Shown: piece by piece, positions 13,188 to 26,369 of the stretch | Position numbering within the stretch: position 1 is the stretch's first letter | Layout: each line of letters opens with the position of its first letter | Made by a program: the position numbers and the translations under genes | Notes under the pieces: model-generated | What the model saw: only the letters and a program-made list of their open reading frames with translations | Database searches by the model: none | Told to the model about the DNA's origin: nothing | Source of the DNA: Eledone cirrhosa | Taxonomy: Eukaryota | Reading direction: 5' to 3' | DNA length: 35,312 bases | Assembly: GCA_964016885.1 (NCBI GenBank) | Contig: CAXHJY010001020.1 | Span: 1-35,312 of the forward strand

Positions 13188-14420
13188 ATGTATGTATGTA
13201 TGTATGTGTGTGTGTGTAAAAACATCAGCAACAGATATTCCGATATCTTGAAATTACCCCCGTCTCTCTGAAAATGCCAATAATTGCTGCTAGGTTTTTA
13301 CCCTAATAAATCTCAATTGATTTACGGTTTGTGTTTGTCACGTGATATGTCGTCAGCTTTTACCATTTAGCCACATGTTACATCGTCTGCTTTTTACTGC
13401 CTTTGCTTTAACCTCCGTGGCTGTGATGTGTGCGTGTGTATGTATATATATATCTGTGTGTGTATATATATATGTATATATGTAATATATATATATACGC
13501 TTGCACATATTTATGCAATAAAATTTTCATAATATATGTATATCAAGGTAATGTGTGTGTGTATATATTCAAGAAAAACAACATATTTATTTGTATGTGG
13601 CAGTTTGTCAAAACACCTATACTGCCAGACATAGCTGTTTTAAGCAAACCAATTTGCCGTTGTCCTTTTTTATCTGATAATAAATGCTGCAAAAGAAGAG
13701 AAAAATCGTCGGTCTTGTTCTTGTGTATGTATGTTTACTTGGGTAAAAGAATGTTTTTGTGTATATTTTGTTTACTTGGGTAAAAGAATATTTTTCTCCT
13801 GTTAGAAGCCCATCCTACCATCAACCATTTATATATGATATTCTCAATAGAGATGAAAATAAAAACAGCTCGTCGTCATTGGTCTCGCTTCATTTCTTTT
13901 TCTATTTCTCTCACAGTTTTGCATGTGACCTTCAATTTTGTCAAACATTAACCATGACAAAAATTGAAGTGAAACACTAAAATCAATGGATCAACTAGAA
14001 ATGAAATTGGAGGAAAAAATAAAATTTGATTGAAAGCAACTCACGTTTCTTGTGAGTGAGAGAAAAACAAAACAAAGAAAGTCATACTAATAGTGTATAT
14101 ACACATTGATATATAATTGAGCTCAAATATCTTTACTAGAGATAGCCATTGGAAATTAATTGACTGCAGCACTTGTAAGCAACAAAACTTTGCTCCTCAA
14201 TTCTATAATGCAACTGGAAATTATAACGACCAACAAAACAGCTTCTTCCGTTGTATCTCGACTTAACATGTTAGAAATAGCAGCCAAATTTCCTTCCAGA
14301 TAAGGATAGAGAATGATTGAGAAATTTATGTTGAAGAATCGACCCAATACCAGACTGGTACTTTGTTTTATCGACTGCGAAAGGATGAAATGAAAAGCAA
14401 AGTTGATTCTGGTACTTTAA

Positions 14421-14655
14421 CCTCTTAGACACCTACCAGTCTGAAACTGCTCTGCATTTGTGCATTTATGATACAAGTCAGTTTTTTGTATAATATAATT
14501 TAAACCATTTTGGTTAAGTAATGTTCTAAATTCAAGCTTACTAATAACGAAAGAATTGATTATTTTTATTAAATTCCTCCAAATATTTGGTTATATTCAA
14601 AATTAACTGAAGCACATAAGCAGTGTATTTCATTACAAATATAGTAAGAAAAGGG
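14421..14655. mobile_element. piggyBac-like MITE (TTAA TSD)
   Basis: ttaa|cctcttagacacc...tagtaagaaaaggg|ttaa. Similar to 28319-28532. Confidence 0.55.
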
Positions 14656-14859
14656 TTAAATAACAATAAGATGGTTGACCCTGCTCTTGACTGAAAAGTT
14701 CCAAGTTCATAATAATTGCCACTATCTTGTGCTAAATCCTATATATGTGTGAAGATCTGAATACAAAAGAGCCAAACTCCCACTGTCACTGCCTTCGTCT
14801 CTTATGCTCTCTCCATCTCTCATTATTATGAGCAAATGGGGGTCCACATGCTGGCCGCT

Positions 14860-15135
14860 CGATGGATAGAATGGAGAAGGCGTTTCCCCGAGTGATGGTG
14901 AGGAATACGCGCTGGAAGAGCCATTTCAGCTCGCAAGGCTCACACCTACAGGTAGCTAACTTTGTGCTGATGGTGGTGAGCAAGGAGGTACCCCTAGGGT
15001 CAAGGTCATCAGAAGTCTCCACTGCCATGGGCTCGACCGCAAAGTTGTCGGAGAACGACCAATATTTGGAGAGTTTATCCTCCTCCGCTCGAAGTACAGC
15101 AGAGCCTGTGTTAGTCGCAGATGCTGAGCCTTGTA
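14860..15135 (-). mobile_element. CRE-like RLE non-LTR retrotransposon 3' fragment
   Basis: Minus frame SASATNTGSAVLRAEEDKLSKYWSFSDNFAVEPMAVETS...LKWLFQRVFLTITRGNAFSILS. Confidence 0.8.
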
Positions 15136-15529
15136 TTTAGCACTTTCTTACTGTTTGCTTACTTCACTTAGTTTTGTAGGCTACAATTTATTTATTCTTT
15201 TTAATATTAATGAAAATTGTGTATGTGTGTGAGTTAACAAAGGGGGACACTCCCTCTGCAAACCTTCTACACCAGCAGTTACCAACTTTTTATTACTTCG
15301 ACCCAGTTTGGCAAATCAATAATTCTCTGACCCATTTTTCTTTTTTGTTTAATATTTGAATAGGAAAAACATTATGAACTTTACATTTGATTTCTTACTT
15401 TTCCTGATGCACTTATCCATCAGTTTTTGTTTGCAGCAAATGTCGTGTTGTGGTTCTTATGTCTCTCGTGGTTCATTTTATAAGATATTCATGAACACTT
15501 ATAACTTTGTCAGCCACTTTCATCATTCC

Positions 15530-15764
15530 TAACGCAGAAGAACAAAAGATATCTCAAATACTTGATCGACCACTTCGTTTTTATGGTCACAATCGAGACC
15601 TCTGGTGTCCTTGGTCTCTGGACTGCTGTTTTCCTCTGAAAAATTGAGAGGAGTGCATCCTGCCTAAGGAAGAAGCTCTGTGATGTGGAGTTGCTAACGA
15701 AGCGTGTATCACAGACTGTTCTCTGTAGCAATGCTTTTGCCATTTTCTCCACGGAGCACAGCTA
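15530..15764 (+). mobile_element. CRE-like RLE non-LTR retrotransposon 3' fragment (more decayed)
   Basis: Plus strand, with frameshifts: AEEQK...KY...FVFMVTIETSGVLG...VELLTKRVSQTVLCSNAFAIFS. Confidence 0.65.
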
Positions 15765-15790
15765 AGATATACCACCTAGGTATATACCAC

Positions 15791-15916
15791 CAGTTTTCCA
15801 AACGTGGAACTCTTTTTGGTTCAGAAACTTTTGGGGAACCCCAAACTCTAACTCCTCTACCTTTTTTCAAGGAACTCCAGGCACTTCTTTGGCGGAACCC
15901 ACTTTGGGAACTACTG
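15791..15916. mobile_element. hAT (Charlie-like) MITE
   Basis: Left end cagttttccaaacgtgg versus reverse complement of right end cagtagttcccaaagtgg, with repeated ggaac subterminal motifs. TSD not clear. Confidence 0.5.
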
Positions 15917-17859
15917 GCCTGGACAGTGTAGTGTACCTCTCACTTCCTTCTTGCCTTTTTTATACTACTACTACTACTACTACTACTACTACAGTATTTC
16001 ATGTATTAAGGTTACAAATTTGTATATAGTATAGTTAGTTACAGCATATTACTGGTACTTCACACATATATAGTAATAGTTATACTTATATATAAAAATA
16101 TAAGATAAGGCTAATATTGTATATTACCCGATTACCAGTAATAATTAGATTACACTTATAATTAGTCTTCTCACATATAACGTATCCTGTTAAATGTTCT
16201 AATGATTAGGAATATATTTGTTTTAACCTTTTATATGCTCTGGTTATTCCAGACCTATATCTGGATGAAACAATCGCAAGCAATTAAATGCCTTAAACAC
16301 AATTTGATTGTTATTTATGTTGTGTGTGTGTGTGTGTGTGGGGGGGGTGATTGAGAGAAACTGTATTGAGGGTGGGGGTGGGGGACTTATGTAATGGCAA
16401 AATTATCTCACCCTCCTCCGCCAAGCGCATTCCAGCCCTGGGTAGGATGTCAACAGTCAAGAAACAACAAAAACAAAAAAACATGGAAAAATCTATTAAA
16501 GAACAATTTTCTGGTGGGTAAACATTAATTTGTGTGGGTGTGTGTGTAAATAACCAATGAACAGCAATAAGGCTGCTAATTAAAGTATTTAGTGTGGAGG
16601 CGGAAGGTTTAATTGACCATTTGAAAGACTTTAATGAACAGAGACATGTATGTATATATGTGTGTGAATGTGTATGTGTATGTGTGGTGGAGCGAGACAA
16701 CTTTATCGTATATTTATTTGCCTCCAAGCTCTAAATAATAATGTGCCCACCACCATTTCATTATCTTATTAGCTAACTTGGTTAGGATTCATTCGCCAAT
16801 CTGTATATTTATGAAGTTTTAATAACTATTTATTTTGAACATCTTAACAAACACATACAAAACAAAACAATTGGACAATAGCAATTTAAAAAAAAAATTA
16901 GAAATGCTGGCGTTTATCTCTATAAAGATTTGTTTTAGGCAACCGAAAACATATTACCACAGTTGTTAGCGAGGCTCGGGTACTGGAACAGTCAAGCACT
17001 GTTTTAATACATATTTGTATAGTTTTAGATGTTATCAAGTAAGGGGAAGAAGGAAGTTTGCAGAGCTTTTTATTGTTAATAGTAAAAGGACTCCCACTCT
17101 CTCTCTCATTTTTTATAAGCACGGGTAGAACGTGTGAAGCCATTGTGGTGACAAAATATGATCAGTAAAAGTGTAAAATATTTTTATCATCGTGTAGAGA
17201 CGACACCAGAGGAGTAAGATGTGTAATGTTAACCTTAACCTACATGGAGCACGAGAGAACTTGTGTGAGTGAGTGTACTTTAAAGACATCAACTAATGTG
17301 TATTATGTTGGATAGACAGACGGTAGGAGTGGCTATAGACAATGAACGGTAGGGCAGAGCGGGCAAAACTTTAACGTAATTGTTTTAATGTCATGATATA
17401 AATGACTTATAGAGCGGGCTGAGGCTAGATGAAAAAGTGCCATGTGCTGTTGCATAGCCCAAAGCCAGCCCTGATCCACAAGATTTATAGTCAAAGGGAT
17501 TCCCAACAGTGTTTCTTAATTATATATCTATTTTATACAGTACTGTGATGAAGGTAAGATTAACACCAGCTGCAAGAGAAACATGATTGAGATGTTGTGA
17601 GGTTTCAGATTATTAGATCCAACTATCAAATGATAAATGGACGCTAGTGTATACTACACACCAGAACATTCGAATATACACTTAAATGAAAGATTTCTAT
17701 CTTTTCTGATTATTTAAAATGTATATATATTCCGTTACGGGGGGGGGGGGGGTCATATGCCCTAATTAATGAGATAGTTTTCTCTAGTCCTATATACAGT
17801 GAAAACTTCTTTTTTCAAAATTTCCATTCACCACCGTATACATACATTCATACGTCGTA

Positions 17860-17965
17860 CACTCTGTGTGTGTGTTTATAAATATATATATATAAACACA
17901 CACTCACACACACATATATATATACATACACACACACACATGTATATACATACACACATATATAC

Positions 17966-18038
<73 letters not shown>

Positions 18039-18069
18039 GTATATACATATATGTATACATACATATATA

Positions 18070-18118
<49 letters not shown>
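17860..18118. repeat. Compound (CA)n/(TA)n microsatellite
   Basis: Direct inspection. Confidence 0.9.
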
Positions 18119-18120
<2 letters not shown>

Positions 18121-18553
18121 TGGCTGCCAACTCGTTTTCGAGTACGGCCACTACTTTATATCCATGTAGGAGAACCCCTACCGATGCGCTGAACGAGTGT
18201 GACTTTTTAGTCCAGCCAGCGACTTGAAAACTCTGGTACAAACACTACACTTGTGACAATTATTGACACATAGTGCTGGGCCCATGGTACTATGTGATGA
18301 CAAGTGCAGAGAGATCTCCAGATATAAAGCAATGCCTGTGCCGTGAAGCTTTTATAGTGAGCAAAGGCACTGCACAAAGCCAGTCCCACTCTCTTAACCA
18401 AGATGATATTTACCAAAAAGAACAAGTCAACATCATTGGATACCATCAGGGTTGCAGGTGTTATATCAGAGTTTTCCTTCTCCTAGAATTCTGCCTTGAC
18501 AAAGGCTAAGGGGTCATCTATATATATATATATATATATACATATTTATATAT

Positions 18554-18611
<58 letters not shown>

Positions 18612-18650
18612 GTATATATATGTATTATGCATATATACATATATATATAT

Positions 18651-18800
18651 ATAGGAACAAGTAAGACTCCGATGGCAGAGCTCAAGCCGTTTCGACGGCT
18701 AATTCTGGACGCGCTTGAGCTCTGCCGTCGAGGTCTTACTGTTTCTATTACCCACTCTAGCTTTATGGTCCATCTGGTTCCTTACCACATTTCCTTCGTT
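18651..18800 (+). mobile_element. Hairpin-headed PLE-like element, family B copy 2
   Basis: Arms 18651-18687 and 18713-18748, the same tail (ggtccatctggttccttaccacatttccttcgtt), and TA tracts on both sides. Confidence 0.75.
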
Positions 18801-18993
18801 ATATACATATATATGTATATGTATATATACATATATATATATATAGATATATATACATATACATATATGCATATATATACATACATACATATATTTAATT
18901 TCTTCAAATAACCAAAGTCTCACTCGCGTATCAAATAACAAATATCTTAAAATGCACACAAGGGTAAAAAAAAAAAATAGAAGAATTAAAAAT

Positions 18994-20090
18994 ATGACTA
19001 CTGACCAGCAAGCCCACAACGGACGAAATTGGTCTGAAAATGAAATTTACCTCTTAATAAACATGGTTTTCTCTGTCCCAAACAACAAACATTAACGCGT
19101 CATGTCTGAATGAAATTGCTGAAAAAACAGCTCAAACATTTACGACGAGATCTGCTAAGCAGATACACAACAAACTAAAACATGTAGAAGTCTCTTTCAA
19201 ACTAATTCAAAACTTATTTACTCCAATGGACAAACACAACAACAACAACAACAATAGCCAGAAAACCAGGAGCAACCACTACTGAATTCAAGCATAATAG
19301 CTGAATTACTGAATGACAGTATCACTCAGCCACTCACTCAGCCATCATTATCGCCATCGCCATCACCACCGTCACCATCTTCTGCCACATCAACTGCTAG
19401 TAATGGACCACTGTTCTCTCTCCCACCACAGTTGTCATCATCATCATCACCACCAATGCTTTCTTCCCCCACATCACCACCATAGCCATGCCATAGTCAA
19501 AAGAACTTTAAAAAAAAAAAGATCTATGGATCTGTATGCACCTCCCACTACACATACTAGAAACCCCAAAATATGCCGCTACTCACTATGTCAGAGGTTA
19601 TGCACACGTAGCGACTGTATATTTACCCATTTACCGGGTACTAGGCGCACTAACACTGCCAGCACGTATAGGTCGCAGTCCCAAAATCTGCCAACATTCC
19701 CAACATGAGAGGCTATGTCTGCTGACTGACTGTCCCTTCACTCATCTTCCCGGGACACAACGCACGAACAGAAAAGGGGCTTCAATGCCAACCTACAAAC
19801 CACAATAAAGCCACCCCCTGCTGCTCCAGTCTCTTCACAAAGACATGATTACAACAAAAACAACAAAAGTAATGCTGCTCCAGTCTTTTCACAAAGACAC
19901 GATCACAACAACAACAAAAATAACGCTACTCCAGTCTTTTCACAAAGACACAATTACAACAAATATAACAACAACAACAAAGGGAACTGCAACCCTATCC
20001 AAAGTTGTAACCACAAATCCAATCAAAAACTGCTCCCTGAACAAAAAAAAAATGTTTCTTTGCAACAGTCAAAACCAGCCACCACACTAG
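18994..20090 (+). pseudogene. LINE ORF1 remnant: Myb/SANT-like N-terminus, two CCCH zinc fingers, Asn-rich triple repeat
   Basis: GRNWSENEIYLLIN...NEIAEK...RSAKQIHNKLKHV, KICRYSLCQRLCTRSDCIFTH and KICQHSQHERLCLLTDCPFTH. Several frameshifts and stops. Confidence 0.7.
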
Positions 20091-20094
20091 TCTC

Positions 20095-20729
20095 CACATT
20101 CTTACTCAATACACAAGGTATCAAGCCCATCCATCAATGCACAGAAATGGAAGATCTAATTGATTGAGGATTGGGTTGGTAACCATCCATTTCACATCCC
20201 CTTCTTCATTCTTACTGAAACCCACCTTGACAACTCCCACTTGGAGGCCGAAGTAAGAGTGAGAAATTTCACAACCATCCATGCGGATCGTGTTGGCAGA
20301 AGGAAGGGTGGAACTGCCATTTTCCTGCATGATTCCTTTACGGCAGATGGCAACACAACATTCTCTAATGGATACTGTGAATCAGTCACCTTGCACAATA
20401 AAGTCAATGACCTGACATTATTTGGGCTCTATAGGCCACCACAAACACTCATAATCTGCTTCAAAGAATGCCTCAACAGTATTAAATGCTTTATTAAACA
20501 GTGCCATTCTAGCAACATAATTTTGATAGGAGACTTTAATCTACCCTGTGTCGATTGGTCTACATGTAGTTTGAAACCATGCTCCACAACCTCAACCACT
20601 GACAAAGAGGCTGTCGAGTCACTTCTTGATTTCATGAATGAGTTTTTCTTGTCCCAACCTGTCCATGCACCAACGAGGCATCAGAAGAACATTCTGGATC
20701 TAGTGTTTAGTAACCACACTATGTCTTAG
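20095..20729 (+). pseudogene. LINE ORF2 apurinic/apyrimidinic-like endonuclease domain (truncated)
   Basis: FLLNTQG, LTETHL, DRVGRRKGGTAIFL, LYRPP, IGDFNLP and PTR...ILDLVFSN. The final SDH motif and the linker are lost to a deletion at ~20725. Confidence 0.9.
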
Positions 20730-22252
20730 CGGCAATAAACAAAATTAAACACAATTCAGCAGTAGTCCTGACAGGTTCCCTGCTTGTGTCCTGGAGGTGT
20801 GTCGACACCAACTTGCATCTCCTCTTGCTAATCTGTGGAGGAACTCACTGGACACTGGCTATATTCCTGAAAACTTTCTGTCCCAGTCCGTTGTCCCAGT
20901 CTTCAAAAAGGGAAATAAGTCCCTTGCAGTGAACTACCGTCCGATCTCCCTCACCTCTCATATTATCAAGGTATTTGAGAGGGTGGTGAGATCACAAATA
21001 ACCCACTTTCTTGAAAGCAACGGCCTGTTGCCTAATGCTTGTTGCCTAATGCAGCTCCTGCATCACTTTAACAATATTTTGAGAGCCTCGGGAGAGGGCT
21101 CCAACACTGATGTCATCTACCTTGACTTCAGCAAGGCCTTCGACAGGGTTGATCATAAGATTCTACTGAAAAAACTATCCAATGTTGGTATCTCTGGAAA
21201 GTTACTACAGTGGATCAAATGTTTCCTAACAGACAGAACCCAGCATGTTGTAGTCGAAGTAGTAAAATCAAGCCCAGCCAATGTCAGCAGTGGCGTCCCG
21301 CAAGGTACTGTGTTGAGCCCACTTCTTTTCATCATCTACATTAATGACATTACTGACATCATCAAGCACAGCAACATCAGAATCTTCACAGATGATTCCA
21401 AGCTCCAAAGGGTCATCAATGAGGTGGGTGACTGGAATTGCCTTCAGTCAGACCTACTGGCTGTTATCCAATGGGCAGAGATGAATAATATGCTGTTGAA
21501 TGAGGATAAATTTGAACTAATCCACTTTGGAAAAAAGGATGCCCTGAAACTCCCATACTCTCTTCATTCAGGTGAAACTCTAGTGGCATCCAATAACATC
21601 AGAGACCTGGGTATTGTGGACAACGACATAAGCTGGGCCACTCATATAAACAGCAAAGTTGATATGGCCCGCAGAATGTGTTCCTGGATTTTTAGAACTT
21701 TCCAGTCGAGAGATATCCACACTGTTATCCTTCTCTTCTCCACTTTTGCCCGACCCCACCTTGAATACTGTTGTCCACTGTGGTCACCCTACATGAAACA
21801 AAGTATTATGAAAGTTGAAGCAGCCCACAGGTCAATTACAAAAAAGATGGATGGCATGACAGGCCTCGACTATTGGAGTCGATTAGAAAAGCTCAAACTT
21901 TATTCTCTCCAACGTTGCCGTGGGCGCTACATTATCTGTATGATGTGGAAATTATTCCATCAGCTTTGCCCAAATGATGTTGGCATCATCTTCAGTGTAC
22001 ACGCAAGGCTTGGGCCCCATGCTATCCGCCCATGACAAAAATCTCACTTGCATCACATAACAATACGGCACAATTGGCCCTGCACTCTTTAACATTACAC
22101 CAAAACACATCAAAGCAGAGACAGACCCCATCAAGTTCAAGAAGTCTTTGGATAAATTCCTTCAAGAAATCCCGGATAAGCCTCCTACACCCGGATATGC
22201 CTCCGTAAATAATAACTCTCTGTTCGAGTGGGCCATGTGGCCCAAATCCTGA
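20730..22252 (+). pseudogene. LINE ORF2 reverse transcriptase (open frame 20797-22035, frameshifted C-terminus)
   Basis: YRPISLTS, YLDFSKAFDRV, SGVPQGTVLSP, FTDD (variant of FADD), DLGI and RPHLEYC.PLWSP. The QHGF motif is missing. Confidence 0.92.
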
Positions 22253-22336
22253 TTTGTAAGACTTTGCCAGGTGGTGCTATTAAGTTAGACATGGCCTGTG
22301 CCAATACTGGCCGAAACCTATCAAAGTTATCAAAAT

Positions 22337-22337
<1 letters not shown>

Positions 22338-22369
<32 letters not shown>

Positions 22370-22412
22370 CTAACCCATGCTAACGTGGAAAGTGGACGTT
22401 AAACGAGGATGG

Positions 22413-22446
<34 letters not shown>

Positions 22447-22542
22447 AGATATATATATATATATATATATGTACACGTATATACATACACACATATATAT
22501 GTACAGAGATATACATACACACATATGTACATGTATATACAT

Positions 22543-22595
<53 letters not shown>

Positions 22596-22755
22596 TGTAT
22601 ATATATATATATATATATACTATATACATGTATATATACATGTATACATGTATATATATATATATATATATACATGTATATATACATATATACATGTATA
22701 TATATACATATGTATATATATATATATATATGTACGCGCACACACACACGCACGC

Positions 22756-22820
<65 letters not shown>
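22338..22820. repeat. Compound (TA)n/(TACA)n/(CA)n microsatellite enclosing an RTE-type SINE tail (22371-22446)
   Basis: Direct inspection. aacccatgctaacgtggaaagtggacgttaaacg(atg)n is the SINE tail. Confidence 0.85.
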
Positions 22821-22822
<2 letters not shown>

Positions 22823-23212
22823 AGTGCAGTTTGGTAAAGAATATTCAAAGTAGGGGAGGCCAGTTTGTGGAAAGGGTTTATGGTGAGTGGCAATGACTAG
22901 CTTATCTAACAAATCTGCCTGCTGACTTAAAAAATAAGACAGGGACCACATAAGATTCAGTGAAGAGGTTTCTAAGTAGTTAGTTACTTGATTTGTTCCC
23001 TCAAGAGATGGAATAGTGTTGCAAAACCACAACAATCTGGAGGGAAGAGAAAGTCAATTAAATGGCAGAAGTAGGTTTACTGGTGTTTTATTTTATTGAC
23101 CTCCAAGGATGAAAGGCAAAGCTAACCTCCAGGAAAACTGAGCTCAGAATATCATAGTTTGTCCCACCCACGCTCAACCCAGACTGCTAATCCACTACCA
23201 ATAACAAAAATA

Positions 23213-23377
23213 GTAATTGTTTCTACTTTTGACGCAAGGCCAGCAATCATCCCAGTACATTACTGGTATTTTATTTTATCGACCCCCGTAAGGATGAAAG
23301 ACAAAGTGAACCTCGGCGGGATTTGAACTCAGACCGTAAAGAGGCGCAACTCTACCGATACTGCCAACCTACCGCCC
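23213..23377 (-). mobile_element. tRNA-derived SINE, near full length
   Basis: Reverse complement of the 5880-6264 unit, including gggatttgaactcaga (box B) and ctctaccgatactgccaa (box A-like). Confidence 0.8.
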
Positions 23378-24689
23378 TAATAATAATGATATGATGACAT
23401 CGGATAGAGAAGACATTACAAATACAAGTTACAACATTAAGGGGGGGGGGGGTTTACATTGAAATAAGAAAAACAGGTGACATGTATACATAGTATATAC
23501 ATTTTACATAGTATACTCTCCATGTTCCCTTTCTTTGGCTGATAATACCTTACCGGCGCCAATCAAGTAAGTTAATTATTTAACCCATAAATAGGGCCCT
23601 TAACAGGTACTACTGCTCCGGGCGACAGCCGACCTACAAGGGGTAACTTCACATTTCCCACAGCTCCTGAACTCCCAAACTGGAGCCTTGCCACTGGATG
23701 CAGGTCAATGACATACCCAGGACATTAATCTTGGAAATTTTACCCACCCTAGATAGATCATAGTATACCATTATATGAGGTATTCAGTCCGGCTAGAGTT
23801 AATGGAGTGGTATGGAAGGCTATAAGTGAAAAGACAAAATTGCAATTACATGATAGAGGAATTGAATGACTTTTACTTGTTTGAGTGCAGTCGTGCTGCG
23901 AACAGGCCGTGTTGCATAATTTATCACAGGATGACTCATACATAATATATACCTTGTTCTAAGGCATTCACTATTGTTTTAATACAAGTGCTATATTTAC
24001 CTTGTGCTTGGTGCCACTAGAAAGTTGCACATAACACGCACTCTACACATAAGTGTACATACACACACACACATGTATATGTGTAAGTGTATGTAGGTAT
24101 GTATGCATATATGTATGTATATATGTGTATGTGTCTATGTATGCATAAAATATGATTGCAAAACGTCACTGATGTTCCTTGGTATGAGGAACATACATAC
24201 ATACACACAGACACACACACACACACAGACACACAACTCTGATTATTTATCGCTCAGACATCTCTCCATCTTGCAAATTTAGTTTTTATCATACTGTTTT
24301 CACCCAACTATGTATGTAGCATACAGCTAGTATATGTACATTTTTAAAATAATTTGTAAAAGGTAGATAGATAGATAAAAATGAGTGGGGGTGACAGAGG
24401 AGAGAGGAAGAGGAAAAGAGTATAAGTACTTACATGAATATAAATAACAGATGTATAATGTTGTTTAGCCCCAGGTCAAATCTGATTAAGCAAACCAGTG
24501 ATTAAAAGCAATGAATGTTTTCTATCCGTTAATTAGACACTTTATGTAGTAAATAACCATGTGCTTAGTTAAATGTTATTTCTAAATTATTTTATCAATG
24601 TTGATGTTTTTTTTTTTTCGTTGTTGTTGTCTTTGTTTACGTGTTGTATGCACTGCATACATGTGTGTGATTTGCGATATCTCTCTGTA

Positions 24690-24693
24690 TATG

Positions 24694-24772
<79 letters not shown>

Positions 24773-24880
24773 ATGTGTGTGTATATATATGTGTGTGTGG
24801 TAAGTATTTCCGTATATATATATATTATATATATATATATGAGTGTGTGTGTGTATGTATATATGTCTGTGTGTGTGTGT
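24690..24880. repeat. (GT)n/(TA)n microsatellite
   Basis: Direct inspection. Confidence 0.9.
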
Positions 24881-25642
24881 AAGCGGTTGGGTGCTGATTA
24901 TTCAGTTTTGAATAGGACAGAATATAGTTATATTGACCACACGTGCCCATGAACATGTATTGACAATTGCTGCATTATTATGATTTGACCATTTTTATCA
25001 CACCTAGGAAAGCTGCGACAACAAAGAACTAGTTTGTATTTTCAAAGAGTGCCTTTCCTCTTCCATGCCAGAAAATACTTCGGCCCTAACAATAAATACT
25101 AACAGTTTACAGAGCTCTTCTAGTGACACCCACATTGAACTAATGCTCCCACAGCTGGGACGATGACGATGGTGGTGGTAGTGGTAGCACCGCTGTCACT
25201 ACTACTGCTACTGCTGCTGCTGCTAGACATTTTATTCTTTTAACTTCATGCGTATGAGACTGTTGGTGTCTGGGGAGTTGTTGTGACAATCGCCTGGTCA
25301 AGATTATAAACAAGTAATCAGTATTTAGAGCTCACCGCAAAGGGGTCGACAACTTGAGCCCCATTCTTTTAGTGATTTTAATCATTAGACTACTGCGGCC
25401 ATATTCGAGGACTTTTTATTTAGTCGATCAAACCCCTGTACTATCTTTTTTTCTAAGCCTGCTAACATACATATATTATTGATCTCTTTACATTAAGTTA
25501 CAAGAAATAACGCAGGCACAGCTTTATATACATACATACATGCACATACATACACACATTTTTATATACCGGGTATCTCCAAAAATGCATACCCACTTCA
25601 ACAGTATTCTAATCAAAGTGTGTGTATGTATGCGTGTATATA

Positions 25643-25679
<37 letters not shown>

Positions 25680-25913
25680 GATTTTCTGTAATTTGTGTTG
25701 ATGATTAAGCTGTTGTCATGCTTACATTTCTATAAATACTGTTAATTATTCATTTATCGATTTCTTCATTATTATGTGGCCAGAAAAAATACTTATTGAT
25801 TATCAATAAGAGAAGATATAAATATATTTTTAACCTCCCTACTACTATAAATGATATGTAGTCTATTAAAAACTAAGAAATTCATGGGGTGCAGTTAAAA
25901 AATGGATCTTTAA

Positions 25914-26188
25914 CCCTTTAGCATTTACATTATTCTATATCCTTATGGGGTCGATGAAATAAAGTACCAGTAATGCACTGGGTATTTGCTGGCCTTGTGT
26001 CAAAAGTAGAAACAATTATTCTATATACACTATTGTATTTTCACAATAATATCGAATCTATGAAATTTTGATATTATTTATTTTGAGAACAATACCTTAA
26101 CATAAGTATGAGTGGTTATTACGGCTGGTTTGAACAAAAGGAGGTGAGAGAATTCTGGCTGGATACGGCTGGTTTAAATGCTAAAGTG
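25914..26188. mobile_element. piggyBac-like MITE containing a nested SINE
   Basis: ttaa|ccctttagcattta...taaatgctaaagtg|ttat. The body aligns with 31788-31996. Confidence 0.8.
25941..26014 (+). mobile_element. 5'-truncated SINE with 12-bp TSD
   Basis: attattctatat at 25929-25940 and 26015-26026 flanks ccttatggggtcgatgaaataaagtaccag...gctggccttgtg...agaaac. Confidence 0.85.
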
Positions 26189-26369
26189 TTATATCATTCT
26201 CTGTGAGCTGTGGACAGTTTCAAATTTTTATATGTAAGAAATACACATGTACATTATGGGTAAAAAAAACTAAAGAAACCAAAATTAAAGCATTAAAGAA
26301 GTACTGGTCCTTGATATAGACAAACGCACATACATACTTATCTATACGCAAACCAAATCCAGGGTCTTC

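Larger units (their letters stand above)
18893..22337 (+). mobile_element. Decayed, internally deleted CR1-group LINE (APE-RT) between TA microsatellites
   Basis: ORF1, endonuclease and RT motifs in order. C-terminus GPALFN...FKKSLDKFLQEIPDKPPTPGY...NSLFEW (stop 22250-22252). Short 3' UTR ending in atcaaag-type repeats. Confidence 0.9.

Noticed and set aside
14862-15140. 92-aa plus-strand ORF (and similarly 15510-15752 minus)
   Set aside because: These are shadow ORFs opposite CRE-like fragments.
19313-19500. His-rich protein
   Set aside because: It is a low-complexity linker of LINE ORF1 whose native frame is uncertain, not an independent gene.
22285-22325. ggcc...ggccgaaac in the LINE 3' UTR as a hammerhead
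   Set aside because: There is no CUGANGA upstream and no stem III/NUH. It is better explained as the LINE 3' stem-loop.
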